Origin: Octopus sinensis
Taxonomy: Eukaryota
Assembly: GCF_006345805.1 (NCBI RefSeq)
Contig: NC_043004.1
Location: 72,478,001 to 72,542,000, forward strand
Reading direction: 5' to 3'
DNA length: 64,000 nt
The notes under the pieces were generated by a model, which worked only from the letters and a program-made list of their open reading frames with translations, did not search any database and was not told the DNA's origin. This document shows positions 23,900-36,696 of this stretch, in pieces (the first letter of the stretch is position 1; every line of letters starts with the position of its first letter). Position numbers and translations under genes: made by a program.

Positions 23900-25460
23900 T
23901 TAGCGACAAGCGCTGAAAAATGCTCCATATGAATAAATTGCGGTCTTAAGAGTATTATTCAACTACTACCGTAGCTGAATGATTATTAAATGAAAGTAAT
24001 TTTGATTGAGAATTGTTTATTTGAGAGTCTTCCATGATTTATGAATGGCATGGCTGAGTAATCGAACTTTGAAATTCATCCAAGCAGCTACACAGTAAGA
24101 GAATTTTGAGTATATTAAACAATAATAAAGAGTGATTCTAACATTTTCACGAAGAATGTAAGAAATCTTATTTAATAGCCAAAAGCATAGGAATTTTGTT
24201 TTAATAAATTGATTATATGTGTTTTGAAACTGAGGGACTCATCACTATGAATGCCGAGAAATTTTGTTGATGTTACATGTGAATGAGGACATTAGGAAGA
24301 ATCTGTCTGGGCTTTGTGGAGAAAAGTATGTAGCAGGGTTTTTTTTATGTGTAAAGGGTAAGTCAATTAGCAATAAGCCATTGATTGATAAACCTTGTCT
24401 AGTTCTGAATTAACTGAATTGAATAAGAAGGAAAGGTCCTGGGGACTAATATAAATAGTAGAGTCATCGGCGATAGATTAGGGACAATAATCGTTCCCGT
24501 ATGGACCCCTGGGAGACTCCTAGCTGTATAGTGGATAATGGTGATTTGGTGTTTGAGCAGAAACGTATTGTTTACGCTGTGAGAGGCATAATCTAAACCA
24601 GTTGTTAAGAATTCCACGAATTCCCATATGTCTAAGTTCAGCCAACAATATATCTGAATGTACAGAATCGAACGCTTTACTGATATGTAAATATAGTGCA
24701 AGGAAATATATGTAAGTTAAAGCTGTTCTCCTCTGATACCAGGCATGTGAACTTGGTAATTTAGTCCATTTTGGATCGTTTGTTTATATTCTGTCTTCTA
24801 CCCAACGTTTGCTTGCTTCATAACGGAAAGTATGAGTTTTAACAGTATAAAGATTCTTAACATCAAAACTCTTAGGGAGAGTGCATTTTAGGACACGGCA
24901 GGGTGTACATTATTTACATTTTAATGGAAATTGTATACTTAAAAAACCATGCTGCCTGGTATATAGGCTGGTATGAATTAGCATCAGAATTTAAGGACTG
25001 TGTCTGAAAGATAACGTTGCTTTAGAGATTGTAGCCCCGTAAGTGTTAATCTCAATTTGAGGTCAGTAGGCCTTAATATTTTGATGCACCGGGTTTTCTT
25101 TTTATAGTTATTGCTGTCTGTATTTCCGAGCTTTTATGGATATTGGGTAATCCTGAGAAATTGCCCTCTTTAATTTCTGCTGCATAAATAGTCTATTTCT
25201 TTATTTGTGAAAGAGTCTCGTTATTTGCATTTAAGGGCACTGAGAAAAAATTTGGTGATTGCATCTGTATGTGTATCTAAGTTCTTGTCACACGGCCTGT
25301 AAGGGATGAAGTAGGATTTATTTCTGACAATTGACACACCATTTACATTCTTATTGCCAATGGATTCTATAAGGCGGAGGCAGGAGCTAGAATGTTCAAA
25401 GCCTGCTTTTAATTCTATGAGGTTAGAATTAGGTGTGAAGTCTATCAATAAGGGTTCAAT
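23900..25460 (-). mobile_element. Heavily degenerate PLE RT
   Basis: Translations FSGLPNIHKSSEIQTAI (cf. FYGLPKIHK) and G.HTGT.IVP (cf. GTAMGT.VAP), with many stops. Boundaries are approximate. Confidence 0.55.
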
Positions 25461-25569
25461 TTAGTTTTTGTTGAGGTTCTTTTCGATAAATTTATAATTT
25501 TATATACATGCATACACATACACACACGCATACAAACATGCACACACATATATATATATATATATACCC

Positions 25570-26335
25570 ACGGAGAGGGCAGGGTCCAGGCCATCTCCAG
25601 CACACATCAGTTTGGCTTTCGCCAAGCTCACCTGAAACCTAAGCTATGCTGATTCTTCTTTACATATTGTCAGTGCGTCCCTGAGCTGGTCGATCGAACT
25701 GATGAATATGGAGGTATCGTCCGTATTTCCAGCTTAGTAAAGTGGTAGTAGCCGAAGTTAACGCCAGATACTCGCTCAGAAACTTTGGTTATCAGATAAT
25801 CGATGACGACTGAAGAAGTCTGTTGTCGGAAGGCAGCCCTGGATGACACTATCGTTGAACGGGAACCAGCGAGAAAATTTGGGTTCACTAGCACTCACCT
25901 CACAGCACTCCTATAGAGCCGTTGGTCTCGTAAGGCGTGTCGACCACCTTGAACATTTTCCAGAAGGATGCGTAATAACCGTGTCCAAAGCCGACTTGTT
26001 GTGGTGCATCAGCCTGCAGCCTTCCACAACATAGCTATCCATGGCATGCACCGGTACTCGCTAGATCATTCTATCAGGGCTTTACTCTCATTCAACGCTG
26101 CAGATGCGGACTGAAAAGGGCTCGTAGCTGGCCACGCACCACATAGCTGCATGTGATTAAGGAAGTTCTCCGGAGCCTCGAAGTCACTTTGGAGAATGCA
26201 GTGGGGCTGAGACGGGGCTACTAGGAACGAAGAGCCCTGGTGGACTTGGTCGGGTCTCTGGACGATGATGTCTCTGGGACAAATACCCGGGGTGTCACCA
26301 GTCCCTTCAAAGAAGATCATGAAGCAAGCAGGCAA
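25570..26335 (-). mobile_element. L1/Tx1-clade RT fragment, degenerate
   Basis: Translations LNESKA(F)DR, SV.QGC.P and NTDDTSIFIS. Confidence 0.65.
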
Positions 26336-26694
26336 TCGTGTTTGTGCACGCGCGTGTGTATATAAGCGCGGGCGCGTGTGTGTGCAGGCAAGAGATTAAT
26401 ATGAAAAACGAAGGTAAATACGTGTTTATAATTTATTTATTAAAGTATTTTCCTCATATTATAGCCCCCAGCATAGGTTTCTGTTGAATAAATGACTCAG
26501 TCTATTTTGATATAATATTTTTCTGCATTTCGTTGGTTAAACAACCCTGGATTTCCTCAGTATCAGCTCGGATTTCAAATCCCTATTCCTTTACGTTACA
26601 TATGTGTGTTTGTGTGTGTGTGTGTGAATGTGTGTCTATGTGTCTGTATGTATATATGTATATATATATGTATGTAGACGTATATATGTATATA

Positions 26695-27597
26695 CGAGGG
26701 AATACACAAAAGTAACCGGAAATGTTCTCTGTGACGTCAACCCGTTGTAGATCAGACTTCCGTCACTAAAAGCCACTTGATGCAACCCTCAGGCATCAGA
26801 CTGCCCACCGGCGTTATCCGGTGGAGTGGTACTGTTGCGTAGTGCGTCTTTGTTTTGCTGTGTTTCTCCCCAGTTTGTAGGATTTTTGCGATGGCTGAAA
26901 CAAAGGAACAGCGTAATTCCGTGAAATTATGTTTTCTGCTGGGGCAAGCGGCCGCTGAAACCATTGTCATGCATCAAACAGCTTACAAGTATACTGCCAT
27001 GATCAGAACACAAGTTTACGGATGGTTTCCACGCTTTTGGAATGGTCACTTGTCGCTTGAAACTGAACCTCGTTCAGGGATACCGTCGACTTCCCGAATG
27101 AATGAAAACATCACAAAAATTCATGAGCTGATTTTGCAGGACAGTCGCCAAACAACAGACGAGCTTGTTGATGTGACTAGTGTATCCAGGACCTGCTGCC
27201 AACGAATTTTGAACGGGGAATTGTGATTTAAAAGAGTTGCAGGAAACTTTGGGCCTCACTTGCCCAAGATCAGAAGTAGTCACGGCTGAAAGCATGTCGT
27301 GATCTTAAAGAACAGTTAGAAGGTGATCCGAAACTTTTTCCGAAGGTCATCATTGGTGACAAAAGCTGATGCTACGGAGTTTGCAGATGTGGAAGAAGTG
27401 AGGGGAAAATTGACAGAAGCGTTAAATGGCATCACTTCGGAAGAGATCCAGCATTGCTTCAAATAACGGCAAATGAGACTGGACCGATGCATTTCTTCAA
27501 ATGGAGAATATTTTGAACGCAATAAAAGTGGAAACATGCAAAACAAAGTGGATAAAATAATATTGCAAAATTTCAGTTTCTTTTGGAAAACTCCTCG
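26695..27597 (+). mobile_element. Mariner-type DNA transposon with internal deletion
   Basis: TA|CGAGG...CCTCG|TA imperfect TIRs. Transposase N-terminus EQRNSVKLCFLLG..AAET..TQVYGWF.RF..G..SLE.EPRSG.PSTS, then GDKS*CYG joined directly to FADVEEV...RLDRCISSNGEYFE. Confidence 0.9.
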
Positions 27598-28923
27598 TAT
27601 GTATGTATACACAAAGCGGCTTCAGTAGAGCTTTTCTCAGATTATTAATAGCTAACATAGATATTATTCCATCATTTCGTTATATTTTGGTTAAATTGTT
27701 TTAAAAAGATGTCAAGATGCCGAAAATCATCAGTATGCGAATGTCAAATCTCTGAGAATTGTAGAATCGAAGTCATTCAGCTGATGATTCAAGCTGACCT
27801 GCATAAAAAAACACAGAAAATAACAACAAAACTAAAATACAGTTTACTTATATTTTCTGTGGTAAATATTTTTAGAACATACTCTACAAATTTACATTAT
27901 ATTTATAAAGCAATTGTTTTTCAAACAAGTAATGTTTCCCAATGACTAACGTAGTGCTTGAGGTATACAATGTTCTTAGTTTGCTCTTGGTTGCAGACAA
28001 GAAGAGATCTCATATTTCGCATTCAGAATATTAGCTGGCAAGCTAAAACTTCATAGCTTTAAGCTTACGAACGACGGCTTATTGTACTCTACTCCGTATA
28101 TGTCTTCGCTTTTGCAACTATACTCCATATAACAAGGTGTTCTCCACCTTAAAACCCTTCAATTACCAGATTATTTTGACAATGAAATGATGTTGGACTT
28201 GCTAATCAACTTGTACGAAAGAGGTAATTATTGTGTTGTTATCACTTTTCATTAGCCAATGCATGAGTTGCGTTGTCTTTATTAAACTATTTCGTTATTG
28301 CAACCACTTTTATTAGATTTTCATACTGTTATATATCTATAATTATAGATATACCGTTAAATGTCACTAATTACAATTATAATCAGATATAGCTGATGCT
28401 ACGAATTCGCATAAAATGGCAGTTTACAGCGCGGACATTCAGAGCGGAAATTATTGTTGTGTGTTTCCATTTTTGTACTGGTAAGTTTTCAGGTTGGCGC
28501 CGTTGATTATTTTTCTGAATGATGGGCCATAGTTTGTGCCGCATCCAATTGTGCCCTTTGTTTATCCACGCGAGAATCGATGCGGGGTGAAGAAATAATT
28601 ATAGACATAAGTCGTATGCATTATTCGGTAGCGTCATAATATCCATGGTAGCTAAGCCTAAAGGCATTAGCGGTAATACATTTCGGTAACTACATAGAAA
28701 TTCCTTTTTATAGCCTCATATCATTGTCACCATTGACTAATGAATGACTTTCTCACTGAGACTGCACCGCTGTCATATTGCTTCCCATGGTTTCGCCTGT
28801 AACCGTAGATTGCGTGGAAGATGGGTGATACGCTGAGCCAAAGGGCAGCTGTGTTTGCTCCAACAAAGTATTTCCGTATTTGACGTAATCTCTATATTTA
28901 GAGGCTGCTCCATTCTCCCCCAC

Positions 28924-28969
<46 letters not shown>

Positions 28970-29121
28970 CGTATATTCACCATCTGCAGATATACGGATT
29001 TCTGTTTAATTCACATCATCTCAAATGTGTACAGAAGTGGGTGAAGTCGATTGAATGGATTGAATATAGTATTGGACTATTTTAGTTAAAAGGGACACTT
29101 GAAATGATTAATACAATATAA

Positions 29122-29270
29122 TCTTTTCTACTCTAGGCACATGGCCCGAAGTTTTTGTGGAGGGTGCTAGTCGATTAGATCGACCCTAGTACGCAACTGG
29201 TACTTAATTCATCGACCCCGAAAGGATGAAAGGCAAAGTCGACCTCTGTGGAATTTGAATTCAGAACGGA
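29122..29270 (-). mobile_element. Meta-core tRNA SINE (5'-truncated)
   Basis: Reverse complement contains CCTTTCATCCTTTCGGGGTCGAT.AATTAAGTACCAGTT...GGGTCGAT.TAATCGACT. Confidence 0.8.
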
Positions 29271-30711
29271 TTAATGCAATATAATGCAAATCATTTAATG
29301 TGAAATAATACTCAGGAAGAGTTGAACCCATTCTTTACAACCATGGTTATTTATTTCAGCTGAACTAGGAGAGACCGATCAGCTAAAACTTTAGTTAAAC
29401 TTAAATCATTTTGTAAGCTTATAACTAATGTTTTTATTTCTAAAAAGGTATCGGGTTTATGATATCAACCTAAATGTTACCGCTGACATCCTTAATAAAA
29501 ATAAGTTTCATAAGCCGTGCATAGCGGACTATTTCACATTCCTCATTTACGTAATTGAAGAGTCAGGCAATTTAAGCAGATCTCGTAATTATCAGCAGTT
29601 TAATTAGTCTAACAGTATCATATTTAATCGTAAACATAATATAGACATGCAATAATTAACTGTCGTTCTATTACGAAATCAACTGTAACTATAAACATCT
29701 TCAATTTTGGCAAAAATGTTGCGAAATGCAGCATCCTGACACCAACCCAACTCCAACAGTCAAGCCAGCAGCTGAGAAACCGCGGGCCAGTCCAGCAAGC
29801 CAACTTACTTAGAGGGAAAGAAGTGGTAGAACCCGGCCGGATGTCTTGCGTGATATCGTTCGTCGTCGCCCTGTTCACTAGTCACATCGCATCTTTTCAC
29901 AGAATGTCTTCGTTACGAAATTCACACTGACTCTTCACCTCCCTGACGCCTGCCTTCACACCAACTGTTCACATCGCCAACCTTTCTCCGACTGTGTTCG
30001 TTACCAACTTGACACGGAATGTAGTTCCCCGTCACCTGATCTGGGATCAACTGCTCACATTGCTTAATCTTCACATCACCTGACTCTCACCTGCAACCCT
30101 ATTCAAATCTCAGCTCTCTTCGCTCAACTCTTCATATCACCCTAACTTCACAACACCTAACTCTTCACTTACCCAACTCAATCGTCAACTGACCGACAGC
30201 ACGCATTCCATCACCAAATTGTTCCCCCTACAGTAAAAACGTACACAGAAACATGTAACATGTTTTAAATCAATCACGTGGTCATGAACATTATTTCTCA
30301 TTAGAATGAATTATAATTCATTATTAGTTTTCTTTTGTGGAACTTGAGAACAGTATTTTGATTCCCAGTAGTACCATTTAAAATTATATTTATCAGAATA
30401 TTTCTTCCATTTTATACTTTCCTTCATCACAACAATATACGCGACACGCTTAGCTAATACTCATAGTTTTAATACTTCCTGTTCCCTGAATATTGCCATG
30501 AGGAATTTTGATGTAATGTTGGTTCAGATATTGGTCTCTTCAATATTGTAAATTTTAGACTCCCATTGAGTCAACATGTGCAGAGAAACAATCTACTTTT
30601 ACTCCAACATAATATGGTTGAAAACTGAGGTCAACAACATAAGATATTAGTTAAGAACGAGAATTTAAAATACTGAATGTGGAAAATATGTGGAAAACGT
30701 CTAATACTTAC

Positions 30712-30893
30712 AAACTTTGAACATTCGGTGGAATGGGTTGTGGGACCGAAGTCAGTCCCCGAGACGAACAATCTATAGTTGTCTTAGAATATTCACATTT
30801 GCATATGCTGCAAATGTCTGAAGCAGCATGAGACTCCAAAAATGGTCTCATAAAGAGTAGCAACACAAAAGTTAATTTCAAATGATAAAACAT
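30712..30893 (-). CDS. LRR gene, first coding exon: signal peptide + LRR N-terminal cap
   Basis: MFYHLKLTFVLLLFMRPFLESHA-ASDICSICKCEYSKTTIDCSSRGLTSVPQPIPPNVQS. Acceptor ttttcttcttttacag| at 30913 and donor tt|gtaagt at 30712/30711. Joins in frame (TT+A = Leu) to exon 21853-21924. Confidence 0.9.
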
Positions 30894-31240
30894 ATTTTCA
30901 GGTGTAGATTAATCTGTAAAAGAAGAAAATATAAAAGATTAGAAACTTCAATGTCAATTCATTCCCATTGCAAATTCTTCGAATGGGATGACTTTATCTT
31001 TGATTTCATTTTCAGTTTAATATTTAAACTTTCCAAACTGAATTCAATTATAATTCGAAGTGGTGAACATAATAGATTATAGCTTTAATAAGTGATAATT
31101 TCTAAGATAAACAGAACATGAATTGCCCCTGATTACACACGCACACACACATACACACACGCGCGCACTCACACACACACAAGTATTATACATATGTGCG
31201 ATTACACACACACAAGTATTATACATATTAATATTATACA

Positions 31241-32325
31241 AATTAATAAACAGACTTTATTGCTTTTGTCTTTCACAACAATATCTGGTTGATTTGCCTT
31301 TATGGTCCGATCTGTACATATTGGGAAGTCCCAAAGAATAGTCACATTTTCTCCTTCAGTTACAGCCCCAGGTTGGGGCTTGTACCATTTGTCAACAGAT
31401 TTAATTTTATGACGAAACATTATCCAATGTGGATATTGGCCAACTCTGTCATGTCTTGATTTGTACTCTACGAGAGATAAAACCTTACATACAGAGATTA
31501 GGTGGTCGACTGTTTCTATCCCTTCGTTGCAGTATCGGCACTTTGGGTCTGCATTACTTTTCATCATATTGGCTTGATAGTTCCGCATGAATAATCTCTG
31601 ATCTTGAGTAGCCAAGACAAAACTTTCACTCTCTGTCTTTCGCACTGAGCTCTGTAACCATTGATGGGTATTTGCCATGCAGAGATTCTTTCCCACCTAT
31701 CAGCTAATTGTTCAAGCACATTTTGCTTTGCTATTCATTTTACCTTCTTTCCAACAAATTTTGCTACACATCCCATAGGCTGTTCAACCTGGGTATTATG
31801 CATAAACTCACTTGAAAATTTGTTGCTCTCCTTCATAACAGAACGAAGCTTCTTACGTCTTTCATTGTTTTCAACAAACTTTAGCATCCAGTCGTTAGAT
31901 GTTACAAGATATTTTGCAAGTCCAATTGTGATGGTTTTGTAGGAGATTTCAATATGGATCAAGCCTCCACCTCCTTCAGTTCTGGATAAGTAAAGGCGAT
32001 CTGCATCATCTTTAGGTGGTTCAATTTTTTACAGGTCAGCAGCTTACGGATTTTCCAATCAATTTCCCTTATTTCGCGCATATTCCAGTTCAACACATTG
32101 AAACTGTAAATAACAATAGAAATTGCAAAGGAATTTATAGCTAACATCTTGTTACGGGCATTTAACTTGGGTTTTAGGACTGCTCGAACTCTCCTATAAC
32201 ACTCCTTCCTGATCTTTTTTCATACCTGCTTGTTGAATGCCAGAACCCTCATTTATTCTGAGGTATTTGTAAGTATATTCTTGCACGAGTTCATTTTTGA
32301 CTGTCAACATCCAACACCACTGAAT
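31241..32325 (-). mobile_element. R4/Dong-clade fragment (family 2), truncated at both ends
   Basis: Translations INSFAISIVIYSF, LATQDQ, CRYCNEGIETVDHLISVC and ANQPDIVVKD. (TAA)n at its 5' side. Confidence 0.85.
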
Positions 32326-32352
32326 ATTATTATTAATATTATTATTATTATT

Positions 32353-33308
32353 CGGTGTTTGACTTTTGCGTTACATTTGCACAAGCTGGTTCCAAGTCTC
32401 ACCCAGAGACCTTAAGAGGCAACAAGTTGGAAGTTCGTGTTGCTGCTATGCCTATAGGGTGCCATATATTTGGTTTTATACTTAGTGTTATACTAGTGAA
32501 TGTCTAAAAAACCATACGAAAATTATGTTTGTTTTAAAACTTGAGATTACATAGAAAGTACTTTGCGTAGGATATGAGCAGTTCCCATTGGCACTATCTT
32601 TTGAATTTCTGTCATTTGGGGGTTTCCTGGTACCTGAGTTAGGTAGCAATCAACCCCTTTTGCAATCATTCCCAGGGCACCTATGGCAACAGGTATTGTT
32701 TTAGTCTTCAGGTTCCACATTTTGCTGATTTCTATTTCCAGATCTTTATATTTGCTCAGTTTCTGGTAGGTCTTAACAGATACGTTTATATCGATTGGGA
32801 CAGTCATATCAATGAGGAGGCATGTTTTTTGTCTGAAGTCTTTTACTATGATGTCTGGCCTATTCGCATCTATCTTTCTGTCAGTTTGAATGGTGAAGTT
32901 CCAGAGGAGTGAGATGTGATCCTTTTCAAGCACTGCAGGTGGTTTGTGTTTCCACCAGTTTTTATCATAGGGTAGGTCCAGGTTTTTGCAAATTACCCAG
33001 TAAATATATTGTGAGGCTCTATCATGCCTGTTGAGATACTCTTTAGGCGCAAGAAGACTGCATTTGGAGACAACATGATCAATGGATTCATTTTGTTGTT
33101 GACATACACAACATGTTGGGCTACTGCCGTTCTTTAATATGTTGGTCTGGTAGTTCCTTTTAGGTAGGCATTGATCTTGAGCTGCTATGATAAACCATTC
33201 TGTTTCAGATTTTAAGCCAGGCCATTAGCCATTCATGGGTCAGGGCTTTGTCAACATCTGCATTATTCACTCTCTTTGGGTTTTTGCCATTCAGAGGTCT
33301 TTCTTGCC
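32353..33308 (-). mobile_element. R4/Dong-clade 3' fragment (family 3, copy a)
   Basis: ORF 32547-32933 contains RPDIIVKD..LLIDMTVP..KLSKYKDLEIE..GALG..GTAHILRKVLSM*. The 3' UTR ends at a TAA tract. Confidence 0.9.
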
Positions 33309-33320
33309 TATTATTATATT

Positions 33321-34261
33321 CGACTTTTGCTTTATATTTGTACAAATTGACTCCAGGTCTCACCCAGAGACCTCAAGGGACAAGTTAGAATTTAATGTTG
33401 GTGTTATGCCTAGGGTATTATATATTTGGTTTTGCACATAATATTGTTCTAGAGGATGTTTAAGAAAACATAAGAAAAGTGTGTGTTTTAAAATTTGAGA
33501 TTACATAAACAGTATTTTACGTAGGATATGAGCAGTTCCCATGAGCACAAGCTTTTGATTTTTTGCCATTTTTTGGTTTTCTGATATCTGAGCTAGGTAG
33601 CAATCAGCCCCTTTTGCTATCATTCCAAGGGCACCTATAGCAACAGGTTTTGCTTTAGTCATGAGGTTCCACATTTTGCCAATTTCTATTTCAAGATCTT
33701 TCTACTTACTCAGTTTTTGGTAGGTCTTGACAGATACATTTATGTCGATTGGGAAAATCAATTCAAAGAGGAGGCACGGTTTTATTATCTGAAGTCTTTC
33801 AATATAATGCCTGGCCTATTCGCAACTATCTCTCTGTCTCAGTTTGAATTGTGAAGTTTCAGAGGAGTGAGATGTGATCATTTTCAAATACTAGAGTTGG
33901 TTTGTGTTCCCACCAGCTTTTATCAAGAGGCAAGTGCGGAGTTTTGGAAATTACCCAGTGAATATATGGTGCTGCTCTATCATGCCTGTTGAGATATTCT
34001 GTAGGCACAAGAATACTACACATGGAGACAACATGATCAATGGTTTCATTTTGACGTACACAACATATTGGGCTATTGCCGTTTCTAATATGTTGACCTC
34101 GTAGTTTCTTGTTGGTAGGCATTAACCTTGGGCTGCTATGATAAAAGCTTCTCTTTCTGATTTTAAGCCAGAAGACACTAACCATTGATGGGTAAGGGCT
34201 TTGTCAACATCGGTACTATTAGTTCTCTTTGGTTATTTGCCACTGAGATGTTTTTCTTGCC
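33321..34261 (-). mobile_element. R4/Dong-clade 3' fragment (family 3, copy b)
   Basis: Colinear diverged copy of 32353-33308. Confidence 0.85.
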
Positions 34262-34280
34262 ATTGATCAATAAGAATATA

Positions 34281-34704
34281 CTCTTACTCTTTACTCTCTT
34301 TTACTCTTTTACTTGTTTCAGTCATTTGACTGCGGCCATGCTGGAGCACCGCCTTTTAGTCGAGCAAATCGACCCCGGGACTTATTCTTTGTAAGCCCAG
34401 TACTTATTCTATCGGTCTCTTTTTGCCGAACCGCTAAGTGACGGGGACGTAAACACACCAGCATCGGTTGTCAAGCAATGCTAGGGGGACAAACACAGAC
34501 ACACAAACACATACACATATATATATATATATACATATATACGACAGGCTTCTTTCAGTTTCCGTCTACCAAATCCACTCACAAGGCATTGGTCGGCCCG
34601 GGGCTATAGCAGAAGACACTTGCCCAAGATGCCAAGCAGTGGGACTGAACCCGGAACCATGTGGTTGGTTAGCAAGCTACTTACCACACAGCCACTCCTG
34701 CGCC
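34281..34704 (-). mobile_element. Full-length OK-type SINE
   Basis: Reverse complement of the 13910-14332 family. Confidence 0.9.
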
Positions 34705-34749
34705 TATATATCTAAGCAATAGTTTTACTATCTAAGCAATAGTTTTACA

Positions 34750-36696
34750 ACTTGTTTTCATACGCTTAACTTTTTCTGTACTTGTTTCTCGAACATTTCA
34801 TTCTAGGATTTGTTGTATTTGCAATTCCCTTAGATATTCCTTTGCCTATTTTGTTACAGAATATGATACATTCTTGTTTGCATGCTTTGAGACAAGATTT
34901 AACATCCAGTCATCAGAGATTTTCAGGTAGGTGTCTAGGCCAATTGTGGCAATCCTCATTGTTAATTCTAGTTGTAAAAGTCTACGGTCACCCTCTTTTC
35001 TTGGGCGGTAAAGTCGTTCTATATTTGCCTTAATGTGGTACATTCTATGCATTTTCAACAATGTTTGTATTTTTCTGTCAAGATTGCATATTTCAGTAAT
35101 TGACTGGTTAATGATATTGAAACTGTAAATCACGACTGGTATGGCTAAAGTATTAATCACTTCGTTCCAGTTTCTTGCATTCAGCTTTGTCTTAAGACAT
35201 TCTCTTCTGATCCTTTCCGTCATCACTGAAAGTTTGATTCCGTCCCGTTCAAATACCCCTAGGTACTTGTAGCTCTCTACTTGTTCTAATTCCTCTATGG
35301 CATTCTGCTCATCAAGATTAACATTGAAGTTTCCTTTTCCTTTGATAAAGGTAGCTTTTGCACATTTATCGAGGCCAGATTGCATCCTAGTGTCATCATT
35401 GAATTGTTTAACAATCGCTAGTAAGCCCTTGAGTTGTTGGTCATTTTTTGCAATGAGCTTTAAATCATCCATGTAAATGAGATGATTTATATTTTTCCAA
35501 ACATTTTATAGCCGTATTGTACATCATCGAGCAATTTCGAGAGAAGTATTAAGGCTAGAGAAAAGAGGAGTGGTGATAGAGAGTTACCTTAGAAAATTCC
35601 ACATGGAATTCTTACATCTCCAACATTAAGAGATTGTTTACCACTCTTCAAAGTTAGTGTGATTCTTAATGATCCCATACTTAGAGATAAGAAATATCGC
35701 AGAGAGGTGCTATCTTATACATTTCCAGACATTTCGTAATCCAACATCATCATAGACTATCAAAAACTTTTTTATAGTCTATCCAGACTATTGAAAAGTT
35801 TTTGTGTCGTTTCTAACAATATTCTAAGATCATCTTATTGGTGAGTAGCTGATCGTTACAACCATAGACCCACGTTCAAATCCTTTTTGCTCATTAGGGA
35901 ATATGCTGCTTTCTATTAAAAATCTATAGGTATATTCAGTCAGGACAGATGTTAGCGTTTTATACATTGTTGTTAAGCAGGTTATGGGTCTATGATTTGT
36001 TGGTTCATTTGTTTCTTCATTTTCTGGAAGTAGGAATGTTAAACCATTAACTAACCAAGAGGGAATCGTACTAGGGTGTTGCAAAACATTCTTGTAAAGT
36101 TTTGTTAGCAGTTCATGACTCTCTGGAAAATTATTCAACCAGGAGTTAGGAATTTTATCCTTTCCTGGAATCTTCCATTTGCTTGACTTCCTGTGAGCAG
36201 ATCTTACATGCTCTACGTTGATACCCTTCCACTTTTGCTCTTCTAAAGAGTCTAAGTCTGTAGATATTCGATCAATCCAAGGAGCCTTTTCATTGTATGT
36301 TTTTCTTTCTTCAACCCAAATTTTATTCCAAAGATCCTGCACTTTTTTTATGGGACAGACTTTAACTGTAACTGGTACTTTCCCTATCTCCCTGTAAAAT
36401 GTTTTTGGGTTACTTTTAAACATGTTGTATTTGAAGAATCTAACGAGCTTTTCAGAACTTGCTATGCTGGCAGCATTAGCTCATCCCCTTTGTTTGATAG
36501 TTTCTATGGTGGTTTCGATGAAAAATATGGTTCTCATAATTAATTTTCTTTAATTTTCGGATTTTTGTTGATTTGATAGACTTGTCAAACTGAAGGGTTT
36601 TTTTAAACATTTTATGTCAGACCTAAGTAGCTAAATTTGGCGTTCAATACGCTCTTTCCAAGTAGGCTTTTAGTGGGAATGTTGTCGTTTTCTAAT
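34750..36696 (-). mobile_element. R4/Dong-clade fragment (N-terminal to RT/thumb), degenerate
   Basis: Translations PTWKERIERQI, KWKIPGKDKIPN, NHRPITCLTT, YMDDLKLIA and YKYLGVFE. Confidence 0.85.

Noticed and set aside
29700-30240. C-rich, CpG-containing block resembling an LTR or retroelement leader
   Set aside because: No second LTR, PBS, PPT or coding motif found.
30455-30530. Minus-strand LNQHYIKIPHGNIQGTGSIKT, vaguely LRR-like, just downstream of the first coding exon
   Set aside because: It is 69 nt rather than 72, has no AG acceptor and the donor reads AT rather than GT. At most a decayed cassette, so it was not called.
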